Shown: positions 47,191-57,627, counted from the stretch's first letter. The stretch is 64,000 nucleotides of DNA from Alistipes sp. (GCA_017451685.1 JAFTNV010000028.1:8515-72514), one strand, 5' to 3'. A program made the numbers and translations. Notes: generated by a model not told the origin, from the sequence alone.

Positions 47191-48351
47191 GTGACACAAC
47201 TTTTCAACGACATACTCGCACATTATTCTTGGCAGGGGTTGGCACTCGTCGGAGTGCTCCTCGTGCTCTTCTTCGTGCAGCTATACTACTATGCTATAGC
47301 CTATTATCGCATATATCGCTACCGTCTGATGCGCAGGCGCAAGAAGATTGCGGAGAACCCGCCAATATCGGTCATCGTGGCCGTGCGTGGCGAGAACGAG
47401 GTGTTTCTCACGGACGAGCTCCCCGTGCTCCTACATCAGGACTACGACCCCTTTGAGGTGGTAGTGGTATATATCGGTGGCGACATCGACTATTACGACG
47501 AGCTGCAACGCATACGCGACAACTACTCGAACATGCGCCTCACGCGCATGGGTGGCGACAGTCGCATATACATATCCACGAAGCAGGCGCTCAACGTGGG
47601 CATCAAGTCGGCACAGTACGACGCGCTGCTCTTCACCACAACGGGGGCCATACCCCGCTCGGAGCAGTGGGTGTCGCTCATGGCCAAGGGCTTCGAGCGC
47701 GGCATGGTTGTCGCAGCACCCGCCGTGCCTCAGTTTGAGCACAACACCCTAAAGACATTCCTCATGCGCATGGTGGAGTTTCAGCGTGAGCGCAACGCCA
47801 TGGCACGCGCCGTGAGAGATAGACTATACTATGCCCCGCGCAGCAACTACGGATATACACGCCGCCTGTACGATGCTACGCGCGGCTTCAACCACCTCGG
47901 CATAGACATTGGCGACAACGACCTCTACCTCCAGGCCATAGCGACACCCGAGCGCACGGCCGTGGTGCTCTCGCGCCACTCTGTCGTCATGGAGGAGCGC
48001 CCCGAGAGGTGGAGCGAATGGCTGGAGCTCATGCGCTACTACTCGTCGACACGCGAGCACTACCCCGCCACGGCAAAGACCTTCGCACGCAGGGAGCGTG
48101 GCAGCCGTGTGTTATTCCTCCTCGCCACCATCGTAGCCATCGCCGTGCTACCCTTAGAGCTTAAGCTCGGAGCGTTAGGCCTCCTCTTGCTTCGCTACCT
48201 CATCGTCGTGGCTACATCGCGACGTGTGGCACGACGCATGGGAGAGAGGGGCATCGTCATGCGCTATTGGATATACGACATCCTCGGCCCTGCAGTGGAG
48301 TGGATGATAGGCTCGAAGCATAGCCATAACACACCCAAGCTATGGAGATAG
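47191..48351 (+). CDS. Membrane-bound GT2-fold protein with degenerate catalytic motifs
   Basis: N- and C-terminal TM helices, PPISVIVAVRGE, LL.QDY..FEVVVV, K.ALNVGI. DxD position reads TTT. TATCTTTG at 47160-47167. Confidence 0.8.
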   Translation: MTQLFNDILAHYSWQGLALVGVLLVLFFVQLYYYAIAYYRIYRYRLMRRRKKIAENPPISVIVAVRGENEVFLTDELPVLLHQDYDPFEVVVVYIGGDIDYYDELQRIRDNYSNMRLTRMGGDSRIYISTKQALNVGIKSAQYDALLFTTTGAIPRSEQWVSLMAKGFERGMVVAAPAVPQFEHNTLKTFLMRMVEFQRERNAMARAVRDRLYYAPRSNYGYTRRLYDATRGFNHLGIDIGDNDLYLQAIATPERTAVVLSRHSVVMEERPERWSEWLELMRYYSSTREHYPATAKTFARRERGSRVLFLLATIVAIAVLPLELKLGALGLLLLRYLIVVATSRRVARRMGERGIVMRYWIYDILGPAVEWMIGSKHSHNTPKLWR

Positions 48352-48899
48352 ACGACTACATCGTGGCGACGGATGTTCGCCTTGTGGAGCTTGCTGCGGA
48401 GGGCGACCAGCGCGCCTTCGAGTACCTCTTCACGCGCTACCGCGATGCTCTCATGCACCTCTTCGAGCAGCGCCTTGGCGACAAGGCGATGGCCGGCGAC
48501 CTCCTGCAGGAGACCTTCATCAAGGTGTACCTCAACATTGACCGCTACTCGAAGAGTTACACCTTCGGACAGTGGATATACACCATTGCGCGCAACACGC
48601 TGGTAGACCACCTACGCCGCCGTGCCGACGATGTGGCCATAGACGAGCGCTTCCGTGCACCCTTAGCCACGACACCCACACCCGAGGAGTCGGTAATCAT
48701 AAACCAGAGCCGTGCGCACTTCTACGCTGCCCTCGAGGAGCTCACGGAGGAGTATCGCGAGGTTATCGAGATGCGCTTCCTGGAGGAGTACTCCTACGAG
48801 GAGATTGCCGAGAAGCTCGGGCGACCGCTAAATACGATAAAGACACAAATACGCCGTGCACGTGCTGCAATATGCAAGGCACTCATAGATAAGGAGTAG
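48342..48899 (+). CDS. ECF sigma-70 factor
   Basis: GDQRAF, DLLQETFIK, F..WIY.IARN, SYEEIA..L..PLNTIKTQI.RAR. Confidence 0.93.
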   Translation: MEIDDYIVATDVRLVELAAEGDQRAFEYLFTRYRDALMHLFEQRLGDKAMAGDLLQETFIKVYLNIDRYSKSYTFGQWIYTIARNTLVDHLRRRADDVAIDERFRAPLATTPTPEESVIINQSRAHFYAALEELTEEYREVIEMRFLEEYSYEEIAEKLGRPLNTIKTQIRRARAAICKALIDKE

Positions 48900-48903
48900 A
48901 GAG

Positions 48904-49536
48904 ATGAACAGCGCGATTATTGAACGATACTTCCCCGATATTACCGACCGTCAGAAGGAGCAGTACGAGCACCTTGGCGAGCTCTATGCGGAGTGGAACA
49001 GCCGCATAAACGTCGTCTCGCGCAAGGACATGGAGCACCTATACACGCGCCACATACTGCACTCGTTGGCCATAGCCAAGGTATGTCGCTTCGAGGCGGG
49101 GGCTAAGGTTGTAGACATAGGCTGCGGGGGAGGCTTCCCCTCGGTGCCGCTGGCGATAATGTTTCCCGAGGTGGAGTTCGTAGGCGTGGACTCCATAGGT
49201 AAGAAGATACGTGTCGTCGAGGGTATCGTCGCGGGTGCCGACATAAGGAACCTGCGCGCCATAAACTCACGCGCCGAGCAGCTTGGCGAGAAGTTTGATT
49301 ATGTGGTGTCGCGTGCCGTAACGGAGATGGCGCGATTTATGCCGTGGGCATGGCCGTTGCTGCGCAAGGGCACGGACAAGGGCTCGCTGCCCAACGGTGT
49401 GCTCTACCTCAAGGGTGGCGACCTTGCCGAGGAGTTGGCCCTCACACACCGCAGGTGGGACATATACGACATACGCACGATGTTCGACGACGAATTTTTC
49501 GATACCAAGAGGGTGGTATACACCCCCTACAAATAG
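48904..49536 (+). CDS. rsmG: 16S rRNA m7G527 methyltransferase
   Basis: WNSRIN, HILHSL, DIGCGGGFP, VSRAV, LKG. Confidence 0.95.
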   Translation: MNSAIIERYFPDITDRQKEQYEHLGELYAEWNSRINVVSRKDMEHLYTRHILHSLAIAKVCRFEAGAKVVDIGCGGGFPSVPLAIMFPEVEFVGVDSIGKKIRVVEGIVAGADIRNLRAINSRAEQLGEKFDYVVSRAVTEMARFMPWAWPLLRKGTDKGSLPNGVLYLKGGDLAEELALTHRRWDIYDIRTMFDDEFFDTKRVVYTPYK

Positions 49537-49558
49537 GCGGCAACAAATTTAGAGGATT

Positions 49559-51280
49559 ATGAACAAGGGACAAAGACATCTGAGCACCGAGGAGTGCGCG
49601 GCATTGCAGCAGCGTGGTTGCCATGCCGAGGAGTGGAGTAATATTGTTGTCGCCGAGGACTTCCACATCGAGCAGCTGCGCAACGTGCGCTTCGAGGGCA
49701 GCGTGACCATAGGCTCGGGGACAATAATCTACGACTCGACAATATCGAACTACGTGATAGGCGACCGCTGCACCATAGACGATGTACTACGCATGGAGTG
49801 TCGCCACTCGTCGACCTTTGGCGAGGGTGTCGTCGTCGCTGCCGCCAACGAGAATGGAGGGCGCAGCTCGGTGATATACCGCGAGCTTACGGCACAGGTG
49901 GCATACCTCATGACCATCATGCGCAACCGCCCCGCGATGGTCGAGCGCCTCAAGGCCATGGCCTCGGCACGTGCCGAGGAGCACCGCACGACGATAGGGC
50001 GCGTGGAGGATGGTTGCACCATCGTCGGTGCACGCTTCGTGCGCGAGGTGAACGTAGAGGCGGGAGCATCTATCGAGGGTGCATCGCTTCTGGAGAATGG
50101 CACGGTAGGTCGTGGCGCAAAGGTGGGCATAGATGTGCGTGCGCGCGACTTCATCATCGACAACGATGCTCACGTCGATGGCGCCTCGATGCTCGAGCGA
50201 TGCTTCGTGGGCGAGAGGTGCACGATAGACAACGGCTTCACGGCCGTAGATACGCTCTTCTTTGCCAACTGCCACATGGAGAATGGCGAGGCGGCAGCGG
50301 TCTTTGCCGGCCCCTTCACCGTATCGCACCATAAGTCGTCGTTGCTGATTGCCGGTGTCTTCTCGTTCTTCAACGCTGGAAGTGGCACAAACCAGTCTAA
50401 CCACCTCTTCAAGAGCGGTGCCGTGCATCAGGCGGTACATCAGCGAGGCACGAAGTTCGGCAGCAGCGCCTACGTTATGTCACCAGCGATTGAGGGCCCA
50501 TATACCGTCGTGCTGGGTCGCCATACGCGCCACCACGACACGCAGGATATGCCCTACTCGTACATCGTCGAGGAGGATGGGCACACGATACTCATGCCCG
50601 CCTTGGCACTCAAGAGCTACGGTACGGTGCGCGACATCGAGAAGTGGAAGATGCGCGACAAGCGCTCGCTCAAGCGCGACAACATCTGCTTCGAGGAGTT
50701 TAATCCCTTCGTCACGGGTAAGATGCTGCGTGGCGTAGATGCCCTTACGCGCCTACGCGAGAACGACCCCGAGGCCAAGAGTTACAGCTACAACCGCACG
50801 ACAATACGTGCCTCGATGCTCTCGCGCGGCATTAAGATGTACAACAGCGCCATAGCCGCATCGATAGGCGCGATGCTCTCGAAGGGCAACCGCACGGCAG
50901 AAGTAGCCGATGGCAGCGAGTGGATAGATGTTGCGGGGCAGTACCTACCCCTCAGCGTTGTGGAGCGACTAATGACACAGATTGCCGATGGTGAACTCGG
51001 ACTTACGGATATAGACGTCGTCCTCGCCTCTTATCTTGTGCGCTACGACGACATGGCAGCAGCATACGCCTACAATATCCTTGCGGGACTCCTCGGACAT
51101 GAGGCCTCGGACGAGGAGGTGGAGCAGATAAAGGTTACGGCAGCAAACATCACCGCCCGCATGCGCGAGATTACCGACAACGACCGCAAGAGGGATACCG
51201 GCCTCGACATGATGGTTGGCTACGGCTACGACTTCCGCGATGTGAAGGAGCACGAGGCCGACTTCCTAAACACACGATAG
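49559..51280 (+). CDS. DUF4954 family protein (beta-helix-like repeats)
   Basis: V.AANENGGR, ENGEA..VFAGPFTVSHHKSSLLIAG, NAGSGTNQSNH. Family recalled from Bacteroidales. Confidence 0.8.
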   Translation: MNKGQRHLSTEECAALQQRGCHAEEWSNIVVAEDFHIEQLRNVRFEGSVTIGSGTIIYDSTISNYVIGDRCTIDDVLRMECRHSSTFGEGVVVAAANENGGRSSVIYRELTAQVAYLMTIMRNRPAMVERLKAMASARAEEHRTTIGRVEDGCTIVGARFVREVNVEAGASIEGASLLENGTVGRGAKVGIDVRARDFIIDNDAHVDGASMLERCFVGERCTIDNGFTAVDTLFFANCHMENGEAAAVFAGPFTVSHHKSSLLIAGVFSFFNAGSGTNQSNHLFKSGAVHQAVHQRGTKFGSSAYVMSPAIEGPYTVVLGRHTRHHDTQDMPYSYIVEEDGHTILMPALALKSYGTVRDIEKWKMRDKRSLKRDNICFEEFNPFVTGKMLRGVDALTRLRENDPEAKSYSYNRTTIRASMLSRGIKMYNSAIAASIGAMLSKGNRTAEVADGSEWIDVAGQYLPLSVVERLMTQIADGELGLTDIDVVLASYLVRYDDMAAAYAYNILAGLLGHEASDEEVEQIKVTAANITARMREITDNDRKRDTGLDMMVGYGYDFRDVKEHEADFLNTR

Positions 51281-51329
51281 GCGTTTTACGAGATACTATT
51301 TACACATAACTAAATAACCAACTAAGACT

Positions 51330-52253
51330 ATGGAGAAAGTAAAAGTTTTAATCATTGGTAGCGGCCCCGCAGGTTTCACGGCTGCAATCTACACCTCACG
51401 TGCTAACCTCTCGCCCGTACTCTATGAGGGTATCGAGCCCGGCGGTCAGCTTACGACGACAACCGAGATCGAGAACTTCCCCGGCTACCCCGAGGGTATC
51501 ACCGGCACGCTCATGATGGAGGATCTCCGCAAGCAGGCCTTGCGCTTCGGTGCCGACGTACGTCGCGGCATCATCACCGACATTGACCTCTCGAAGCGCC
51601 CCTTCAAGGTGACCGTAGACCACGAGCACGAGATTGAGGCTGAGGCTGTAATCGTATGTACGGGTGCTACGGCTAAGTACCTCGGCTTGGAGTCGGAGGC
51701 TAAGTATCGCGGCATGGGCGTGAGCGCCTGTGCTACGTGCGACGGCTTCTTCTACCGCAAGCGCGATGTTGCCGTCGTAGGTGGTGGCGACACTGCATGC
51801 GAGGAGGCTACATACCTCGCCTCTATCTGCCGCAAGGTATACCTCATCGTGCGTAAGGACTACCTCCGCGCATCGAAGGCCATGCAGGAGCGTGTGTTCA
51901 ACACACCCAACATCGAGGTTCTCTTCGAGCACAACACCAAGGAGGTATTGGGTGACGACGAGGGCGTAACAGGCGTACGTGTCATCAGCAATGCCGGCGT
52001 GGAGCGCGACATTCCCGTCATGGGCTTGTTCCTCGCCATCGGTCACCATCCCAACACCGACTTCCTCAAGGGTCAGCTCGAGCTCGACGAGCAGAAGTAC
52101 ATCAAGGTTGTCCCCGGCACATCTAAGACCTCGGTTGAGGGTGTCTTTGCTGCCGGTGATGTTAAGGATCCCCACTATCGTCAGGCTATCACGGCCGCAG
52201 GCTCGGGCTGCATCGCAGCACTCGACTGCGAGCGTTGGTTGCTTGCACAGTAA
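51330..52253 (+). CDS. trxB: Thioredoxin-disulfide reductase
   Basis: GSGPAG, GGQL, SACATCDG, VGGGDTA, FAAGDV. Confidence 0.97.
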   Translation: MEKVKVLIIGSGPAGFTAAIYTSRANLSPVLYEGIEPGGQLTTTTEIENFPGYPEGITGTLMMEDLRKQALRFGADVRRGIITDIDLSKRPFKVTVDHEHEIEAEAVIVCTGATAKYLGLESEAKYRGMGVSACATCDGFFYRKRDVAVVGGGDTACEEATYLASICRKVYLIVRKDYLRASKAMQERVFNTPNIEVLFEHNTKEVLGDDEGVTGVRVISNAGVERDIPVMGLFLAIGHHPNTDFLKGQLELDEQKYIKVVPGTSKTSVEGVFAAGDVKDPHYRQAITAAGSGCIAALDCERWLLAQ

Positions 52254-52262
52254 CCGCGGGCG

Positions 52263-53189
52263 ATGGCTTTCAGCATCACGATTCTCGGTAACTCGTCTGC
52301 TAAGCCTACGCTCAATGCCCACCCCTCGGCACAGGTCGTAAATCTCAACGAGCAATACTACCTTGTCGATGCGGGCGAGGGCGTACAACAGCAGCTCATA
52401 AGGCGCGGCATAAATCCGCTGCGCCTTAGGGCTGTGTTTATCTCGCACCTGCATGGCGACCATACGTTTGGGCTCTTTCCCCTAATCTCGACACTCGGGC
52501 TTATGGGCAAGCGTACGCCCTTAGACATATACGCGCCGGCACCCATGGGCGAGATTCTCGACTACCACATGCGTTACTTCGACAGCGACCTCCCCTACGA
52601 GGTTAAGTGGCACGAGGTGCGCACCACGGAGCACCGCATCATTATGGAGAACAGCACCCTCGAGGTGTGGTCGATACCGCTGCGCCACCGCGTGCCTACG
52701 GCGGGATACCACTTCAAGGAGAAGCAACCGGGGCTCAACATCGACAAGTTCAAAATCACGAAGCATAACCTCAGCATCGCCCAGGTTGTTGCCGCGAAGC
52801 GTGGCGAGGACATCACGTTGGAGGATGGCACGGTGCTACCCAATGCCGAGCTTACATACACGCCCTACGTGGCGCGCTCCTACGCCTACCTCTCGGACAC
52901 GGCCTTCTCGGCACGCGCGGCAGAGCGTGTGCGTGGCGTAGACATCCTCTATCACGAGGCTACATACGCTAAGAGCGAGGAACAGTGGGCCAAGGGTCGC
53001 GGGCACTCCACGACGACGGAGGCGGCACGGGCGGCCGTGAAGGCTGAGGCCGGGAGGCTCATCATAGGTCACTTCTCGTCGCGATACAAGGAGCACGACA
53101 CCCTCGTGGAGGAGTGTCGCGCGATATTTCCCAATACCGACATAGCGACAGAGGGGGCTACATTTACTATCGAGGAACGACGACCATAG
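52263..53189 (+). CDS. rnz: Ribonuclease Z
   Basis: DAGEG, SHLHGDH, SDT, HEAT, GHST, HFSSRY. Confidence 0.93.
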   Translation: MAFSITILGNSSAKPTLNAHPSAQVVNLNEQYYLVDAGEGVQQQLIRRGINPLRLRAVFISHLHGDHTFGLFPLISTLGLMGKRTPLDIYAPAPMGEILDYHMRYFDSDLPYEVKWHEVRTTEHRIIMENSTLEVWSIPLRHRVPTAGYHFKEKQPGLNIDKFKITKHNLSIAQVVAAKRGEDITLEDGTVLPNAELTYTPYVARSYAYLSDTAFSARAAERVRGVDILYHEATYAKSEEQWAKGRGHSTTTEAARAAVKAEAGRLIIGHFSSRYKEHDTLVEECRAIFPNTDIATEGATFTIEERRP

Positions 53190-53194
53190 GAACG

Positions 53195-53935
53195 ATGACA
53201 AAGGCAGAGATACAGTTAATACGCGCACTGAAAGATAAACGCACACGCGACGAGGAGGGATTGTTTATCGCCGAGGGCATGAAGCTCGTGGAGGAGATAC
53301 GCGCCTCGGACTTTTCGATACGTCGCATATACACCACACGCCACGACCTCACGGGTGCCGAGGTGGAACATATCGAACGGAAGGATATGGAGCGCATCTC
53401 GGAGCTTAAGAGCGCCACGGATACGTTGGCCGTCGTTGAGAAGCCTCGATACTCGCTATTGATGGCCGCAATAAAGGACAACCTCGTCATCGCCCTTGAT
53501 GGGGTGCAGAATCCCGGAAATATGGGCACGATAATACGCCTTGCCGACTGGTTTGGCGTGAAGGATGTCATCTGCTCGGCGGAGTGCGCCGACTGCTTCA
53601 ACCCCAAGGTCGTGCAGGCAACGATGGGCGCCATCCTCCGCGTGAGGGTGCACTACACCGACAACCTACCCCACTTCCTACACAAGGCACACAACGAGGG
53701 CATGCCCATCTATGGCACGCTCCTCGATGGCGAAAACATTTATTCTAAGGCTCTTACAAGCCACGGCATCATCGTTATGGGGAATGAGGGTCGCGGCCTC
53801 ACGGAGGAGTGTCGCGGGGAGCTCACCGAGCGCCTATACATCCCGCCCTACCCTGCAAACAGCCCTACGTCGGAGTCGCTAAACGTAGCAATGGCTACGG
53901 GTATCATCCTCGCCGAATTCCGCAGAAGAGCGTAG
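53195..53935 (+). CDS. TrmH/SpoU family RNA methyltransferase
   Basis: FIAEG, QNPGNMGTIIR, MGNEGRG, ESLNVA. Start set at MTKAEI. Confidence 0.93.
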   Translation: MTKAEIQLIRALKDKRTRDEEGLFIAEGMKLVEEIRASDFSIRRIYTTRHDLTGAEVEHIERKDMERISELKSATDTLAVVEKPRYSLLMAAIKDNLVIALDGVQNPGNMGTIIRLADWFGVKDVICSAECADCFNPKVVQATMGAILRVRVHYTDNLPHFLHKAHNEGMPIYGTLLDGENIYSKALTSHGIIVMGNEGRGLTEECRGELTERLYIPPYPANSPTSESLNVAMATGIILAEFRRRA

Positions 53936-53945
53936 ATATCTGCAA

Positions 53946-55793
53946 TTACATATATTCGAAGTCTACGCTGCTATTTACAGTGCAGATGGCCGTGTTTACA
54001 ATCTCCCATCTACGCTGTGAGTTCATGGCGCTTACGATAATGAGCACCTCCATATTCTCGTGGTTCCATGACTTGCCGGCGAGGGAGAACTCAAACTCCT
54101 TCTCCTTGCTCTCATCAACCTTGATGACACCCAACGACTCGCCTGATAAGTCCTCCACGGAGTACTCACCGGCAATATCGCGCAGGGCGTGTCTATAGAC
54201 ATAGTCCTCCTCTTTGGTTGCACTCGCCTGGTATCCGTTGCGTATATTATCCTCAAGCAGCCACGCCGTAATCTTGTACTCCTTCTCCTTAGCAGCCTTA
54301 ACTACGGCCTTAGCAGAGACCTTATCAGCATTGCCGGTGGTGGTAATAGCAATACCCACATCTGCACCATCGGGGTGGATAAGCTGGCTAAACTGCTCTG
54401 TCAGCGTCGACATGAAAATGGCGTTGTTGTGAGCGTAGGCACTCTTAAAGTTGATGTCTATCTCGGGGTAGCCAGCAGCGTTGTGGAACTTAAAGAGTAC
54501 AAGAGCAGCATCCGAGTAAGCCTTATCCTCCTTTGTCGTACCCATGTCGGCATCGCTCGAATGACACTCGATAAGGTTATAGTTGTCAACCCAGTCGGGA
54601 TATGTAGCGTTAAACTCTTTGATTCTACCAGACATCGCGGGGCAATTCGTACACCAGCTTGCCGTATGCTTCGTAAGAAGTATGCGCGTATTAAAGCCCT
54701 TCGTCGTAGGCTGAGGGTCATCCGGAGTATTACCGCTATCATCATCGCCGCCATCATCCCCCTCTTCGCCATTGCCGCCATCACCTTCATCCTCGACATA
54801 CTCCTTACCCTCGATAAAGTCGTAGCCCACGATATGGTCGGCATACTCCTTCCAATCGTCATGTGCTCTATACACCGACACAGCCTCCACGGGGACATAG
54901 ATTGTCGCGCCCACGTATACATTAGCGCTGCTAAGCAGGGCATCCTCGCCAAGCGATGGAGGCGTGGTTGCGCGAATGTATAGTTTCGAGAGGTTGTCAC
55001 AACGTGTAAATGCACTCGCCTCGATGGTCGTAATGCCCGAGCCTACATGTACACTATGAAGGCTCTTTGAGCTAAGGAATGCCGCCTCACCGATAGTTCG
55101 TAGGCTATGAGGGAGGTAGATAATCTCTAAGTTGCTATTGCCAAAGGCCGACCCTTTTACCATCGTGACCTCAGCATCGAACTCAATGGCGAATAACGCA
55201 TAGCACTGCCCATTGGCACAAGCACCAAACTCGTTAGAAAGGATATTGGCATCGAAGGGCTTCGCTATGCTAAACTCGAAAGTAGCGCTTTCGGTGGTGT
55301 TATACCACACCTGAGTATTCGCGGGGAACATAGCCTCGATAGCATCGTTGGGGCGATCGACGCCACCGTCATCGGAGCCATCGTCACTCTCACCATCATT
55401 GACACCCTCCTGGGCGATTGCTATCTCCACCTCCTTATCGAACTTCTCGCCATAGCAGATGGTGACGGTCGCCTGGCGCGGTGCCGTCTCGGTGTTCTCC
55501 GCGACAACAACCTTAAACTCGCCATCCTCGGCCGTGCCCTCTTTGGGGTCTACCGCGACCCACTCCTCGGAACACGCCGTACGCCAACCGACATTGGTTG
55601 TAAAGGTATAGACATACGTACCGCCATCGCTACCGACCTCAAGCCTAAGCTCAGCGCTATCATCGAAGGTAAAGTTGGGAGTAATGTTCTCCTTATCGTC
55701 GTTAGACGAATCCATGTTCTCTGGCGCATCGACGTCGCAACCCACAAAACCAAGGGCAACGAACATCATTAGCAGCAAAAATAGTCTCTTCAT
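53946..55793 (-). CDS. Surface lipoprotein: BACON + BspA-type LRR + Omp28-like (CxxC) domain
   Basis: Lipobox FVG-C, BACON (W..V.P..G...V.EN...R), LPHSLRTIGEAAF / ITTIEASAF repeats, TASWCTNCP, WLLED, VDFEY end. Confidence 0.85.
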   Translation of the reverse strand: MKRLFLLLMMFVALGFVGCDVDAPENMDSSNDDKENITPNFTFDDSAELRLEVGSDGGTYVYTFTTNVGWRTACSEEWVAVDPKEGTAEDGEFKVVVAENTETAPRQATVTICYGEKFDKEVEIAIAQEGVNDGESDDGSDDGGVDRPNDAIEAMFPANTQVWYNTTESATFEFSIAKPFDANILSNEFGACANGQCYALFAIEFDAEVTMVKGSAFGNSNLEIIYLPHSLRTIGEAAFLSSKSLHSVHVGSGITTIEASAFTRCDNLSKLYIRATTPPSLGEDALLSSANVYVGATIYVPVEAVSVYRAHDDWKEYADHIVGYDFIEGKEYVEDEGDGGNGEEGDDGGDDDSGNTPDDPQPTTKGFNTRILLTKHTASWCTNCPAMSGRIKEFNATYPDWVDNYNLIECHSSDADMGTTKEDKAYSDAALVLFKFHNAAGYPEIDINFKSAYAHNNAIFMSTLTEQFSQLIHPDGADVGIAITTTGNADKVSAKAVVKAAKEKEYKITAWLLEDNIRNGYQASATKEEDYVYRHALRDIAGEYSVEDLSGESLGVIKVDESKEKEFEFSLAGKSWNHENMEVLIIVSAMNSQRRWEIVNTAICTVNSSVDFEYM

Positions 55794-55828
55794 ATCATAT
55801 AATTTTAGTATATCTACATATTACATCT

Positions 55829-56494
55829 CTACCATTGTATCGGTGTCTTTCCGATGCTTTGGAGGTAACGGTTAGCCTCGGAGAAGTGCCTACAGCCGAA
55901 GAAGCCGCGGTATGCCGATAGTGGCGAGGGGTGCACGGCACGTAGGATAAGGTTACGATGCGGGTTGGCGATAGAGCCCTTCCTCTGCGCATAGCTACCC
56001 CACAGCATATATACGACACCCTCCTTACGCTCCGCTATAGCCGCGACAACAGCATCCGTGAAGCGCTCCCAGCCATGCCCTGCATGCGAGGCAGCCTCGT
56101 TGGCACGCACGGTGAGTACGGCATTTAGGAGCAGCACACCCTGCTCTGCCCAGCGGTCGAGCTCGCCCGACGAGGGGATAGGCGTGCCGACATCGTCGCG
56201 CACCTCCTGCAAGATGTTACGCAGCGACGGCGGGAAGGATACGCCCTCGCCCACGGAGAAGCACAATCCGTTAGCCTGCCCGGGGCCATGGTAGGGGTCT
56301 TGGCCGATGATGACGACCTTGAGCCTATCCAGCGGGCACTTATCGAAGGCCCTGAAGATATTACGCCCCTCAGGGTATACTGTGCCCGAGGCATATTCCG
56401 CCTTAACGAAGTCGACAAGCTCGTCGAAGTAGGGCTTCGCAAACTCATCCTTAAGTATCGCCTTCCAATCCTCTGCAATGCGTACCTCTGCCAT
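55829..56494 (-). CDS. ung: Uracil-DNA glycosylase
   Basis: GQDPYH, GLCFSV, GVLLLN, HPSPLS. Confidence 0.97.
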   Translation of the reverse strand: MAEVRIAEDWKAILKDEFAKPYFDELVDFVKAEYASGTVYPEGRNIFRAFDKCPLDRLKVVIIGQDPYHGPGQANGLCFSVGEGVSFPPSLRNILQEVRDDVGTPIPSSGELDRWAEQGVLLLNAVLTVRANEAASHAGHGWERFTDAVVAAIAERKEGVVYMLWGSYAQRKGSIANPHRNLILRAVHPSPLSAYRGFFGCRHFSEANRYLQSIGKTPIQW

Positions 56495-56571
56495 AATGGT
56501 AATCTATTTGTCTATTTTCTTGCGAAGATACAATCTTTTAGCTAATTTTGCAAGGAACAATACGATATAAC

Positions 56572-57627
56572 ATGAAACGTACACTCATTATCCTTATCAC
56601 CACCATAGCCTCAATCGCAGATATAGGCGCTCAGGAGGTTCGCAACATCATATATCTCATAGGTGACGGCATGGGCTTAGCGTCGGTGTCGATGATGCAG
56701 CTCGAGAACAACTACGACACTACCATCTTCGACCGCGCGGATAACGTGGCACTACAAAAGACATACTCGCTCGACAACCGCGTGACCGACTCGGCAGCCT
56801 CGGGCACAGCCCTCGCCACGGGCTGCAAGACGAACAATACGATGCTCGGCATGCTCCCCGACGGCACAGCGCCACAGTCGCTTATGGAGTTAGCCGCGGA
56901 CAAGGGCAAGGCTACGGGGTTGGTTGTAACAACATACCTGCAACACGCCACGCCCGCAGCCTTCTATGCCCATGTGAGGTCGCGCCACGAGTATACAACG
57001 ATTGCCGAGCAGCTGCTCGAGAGCGACATAGACATAGCCATAGGTGGTGGCATGGCCTTCTTCGAGGAGCGCTATGGCGGTAGAGAGGGCGCACTGAAGG
57101 CTATAACGGATAGTGGTTACACTCTATACGACAGCCTCAACGAGGCTACAACGCGCGACAGGAGCCTTATAATCCTTGCTGACAAGGAGATAGAGCATCG
57201 CGAGGGCTATCTTGCGAAGGCCACAATGAAGGCGTTGCAACACCTCGAGGGCGACGATGACGGCTTTGTACTCATGGTCGAGGGGTCGATAATCGACGGC
57301 ATGGGCCATGGCAACGATGCCGAGGGCCAGCAGGGCGAGATGCTCGACTTCATGGAGGCTGTGGAGGTTGCCGTGGAGTATGCCACGAGCCACGCCGACA
57401 CGCTCGTTGTCGTCACTGCCGACCATGAGACGGGAGGTCTTACGATTGTTAGCAGCGATGCCGACTTCAACCTTGCGGAGCAGGGCGTGGAGTATCGCTG
57501 GACAACGGGAGGCCACTCGGGTACGATGGTGCCGATATACCTTTATGGCACGGGCGCAGAACTTATAAATGGCGTGACGGAGAACAGCGAGTTAGGCACA
57601 ACGCTCAAAGCTATAGTTTCACGCTAA
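56572..57627 (+). CDS. Alkaline phosphatase (secreted)
   Basis: Signal peptide, IGDGMG, VTDSAASGTA, HATPAAF, MVEG..ID..GH, TADHETGG. TAATTTTG at 56543-56550. Confidence 0.92.
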   Translation: MKRTLIILITTIASIADIGAQEVRNIIYLIGDGMGLASVSMMQLENNYDTTIFDRADNVALQKTYSLDNRVTDSAASGTALATGCKTNNTMLGMLPDGTAPQSLMELAADKGKATGLVVTTYLQHATPAAFYAHVRSRHEYTTIAEQLLESDIDIAIGGGMAFFEERYGGREGALKAITDSGYTLYDSLNEATTRDRSLIILADKEIEHREGYLAKATMKALQHLEGDDDGFVLMVEGSIIDGMGHGNDAEGQQGEMLDFMEAVEVAVEYATSHADTLVVVTADHETGGLTIVSSDADFNLAEQGVEYRWTTGGHSGTMVPIYLYGTGAELINGVTENSELGTTLKAIVSR

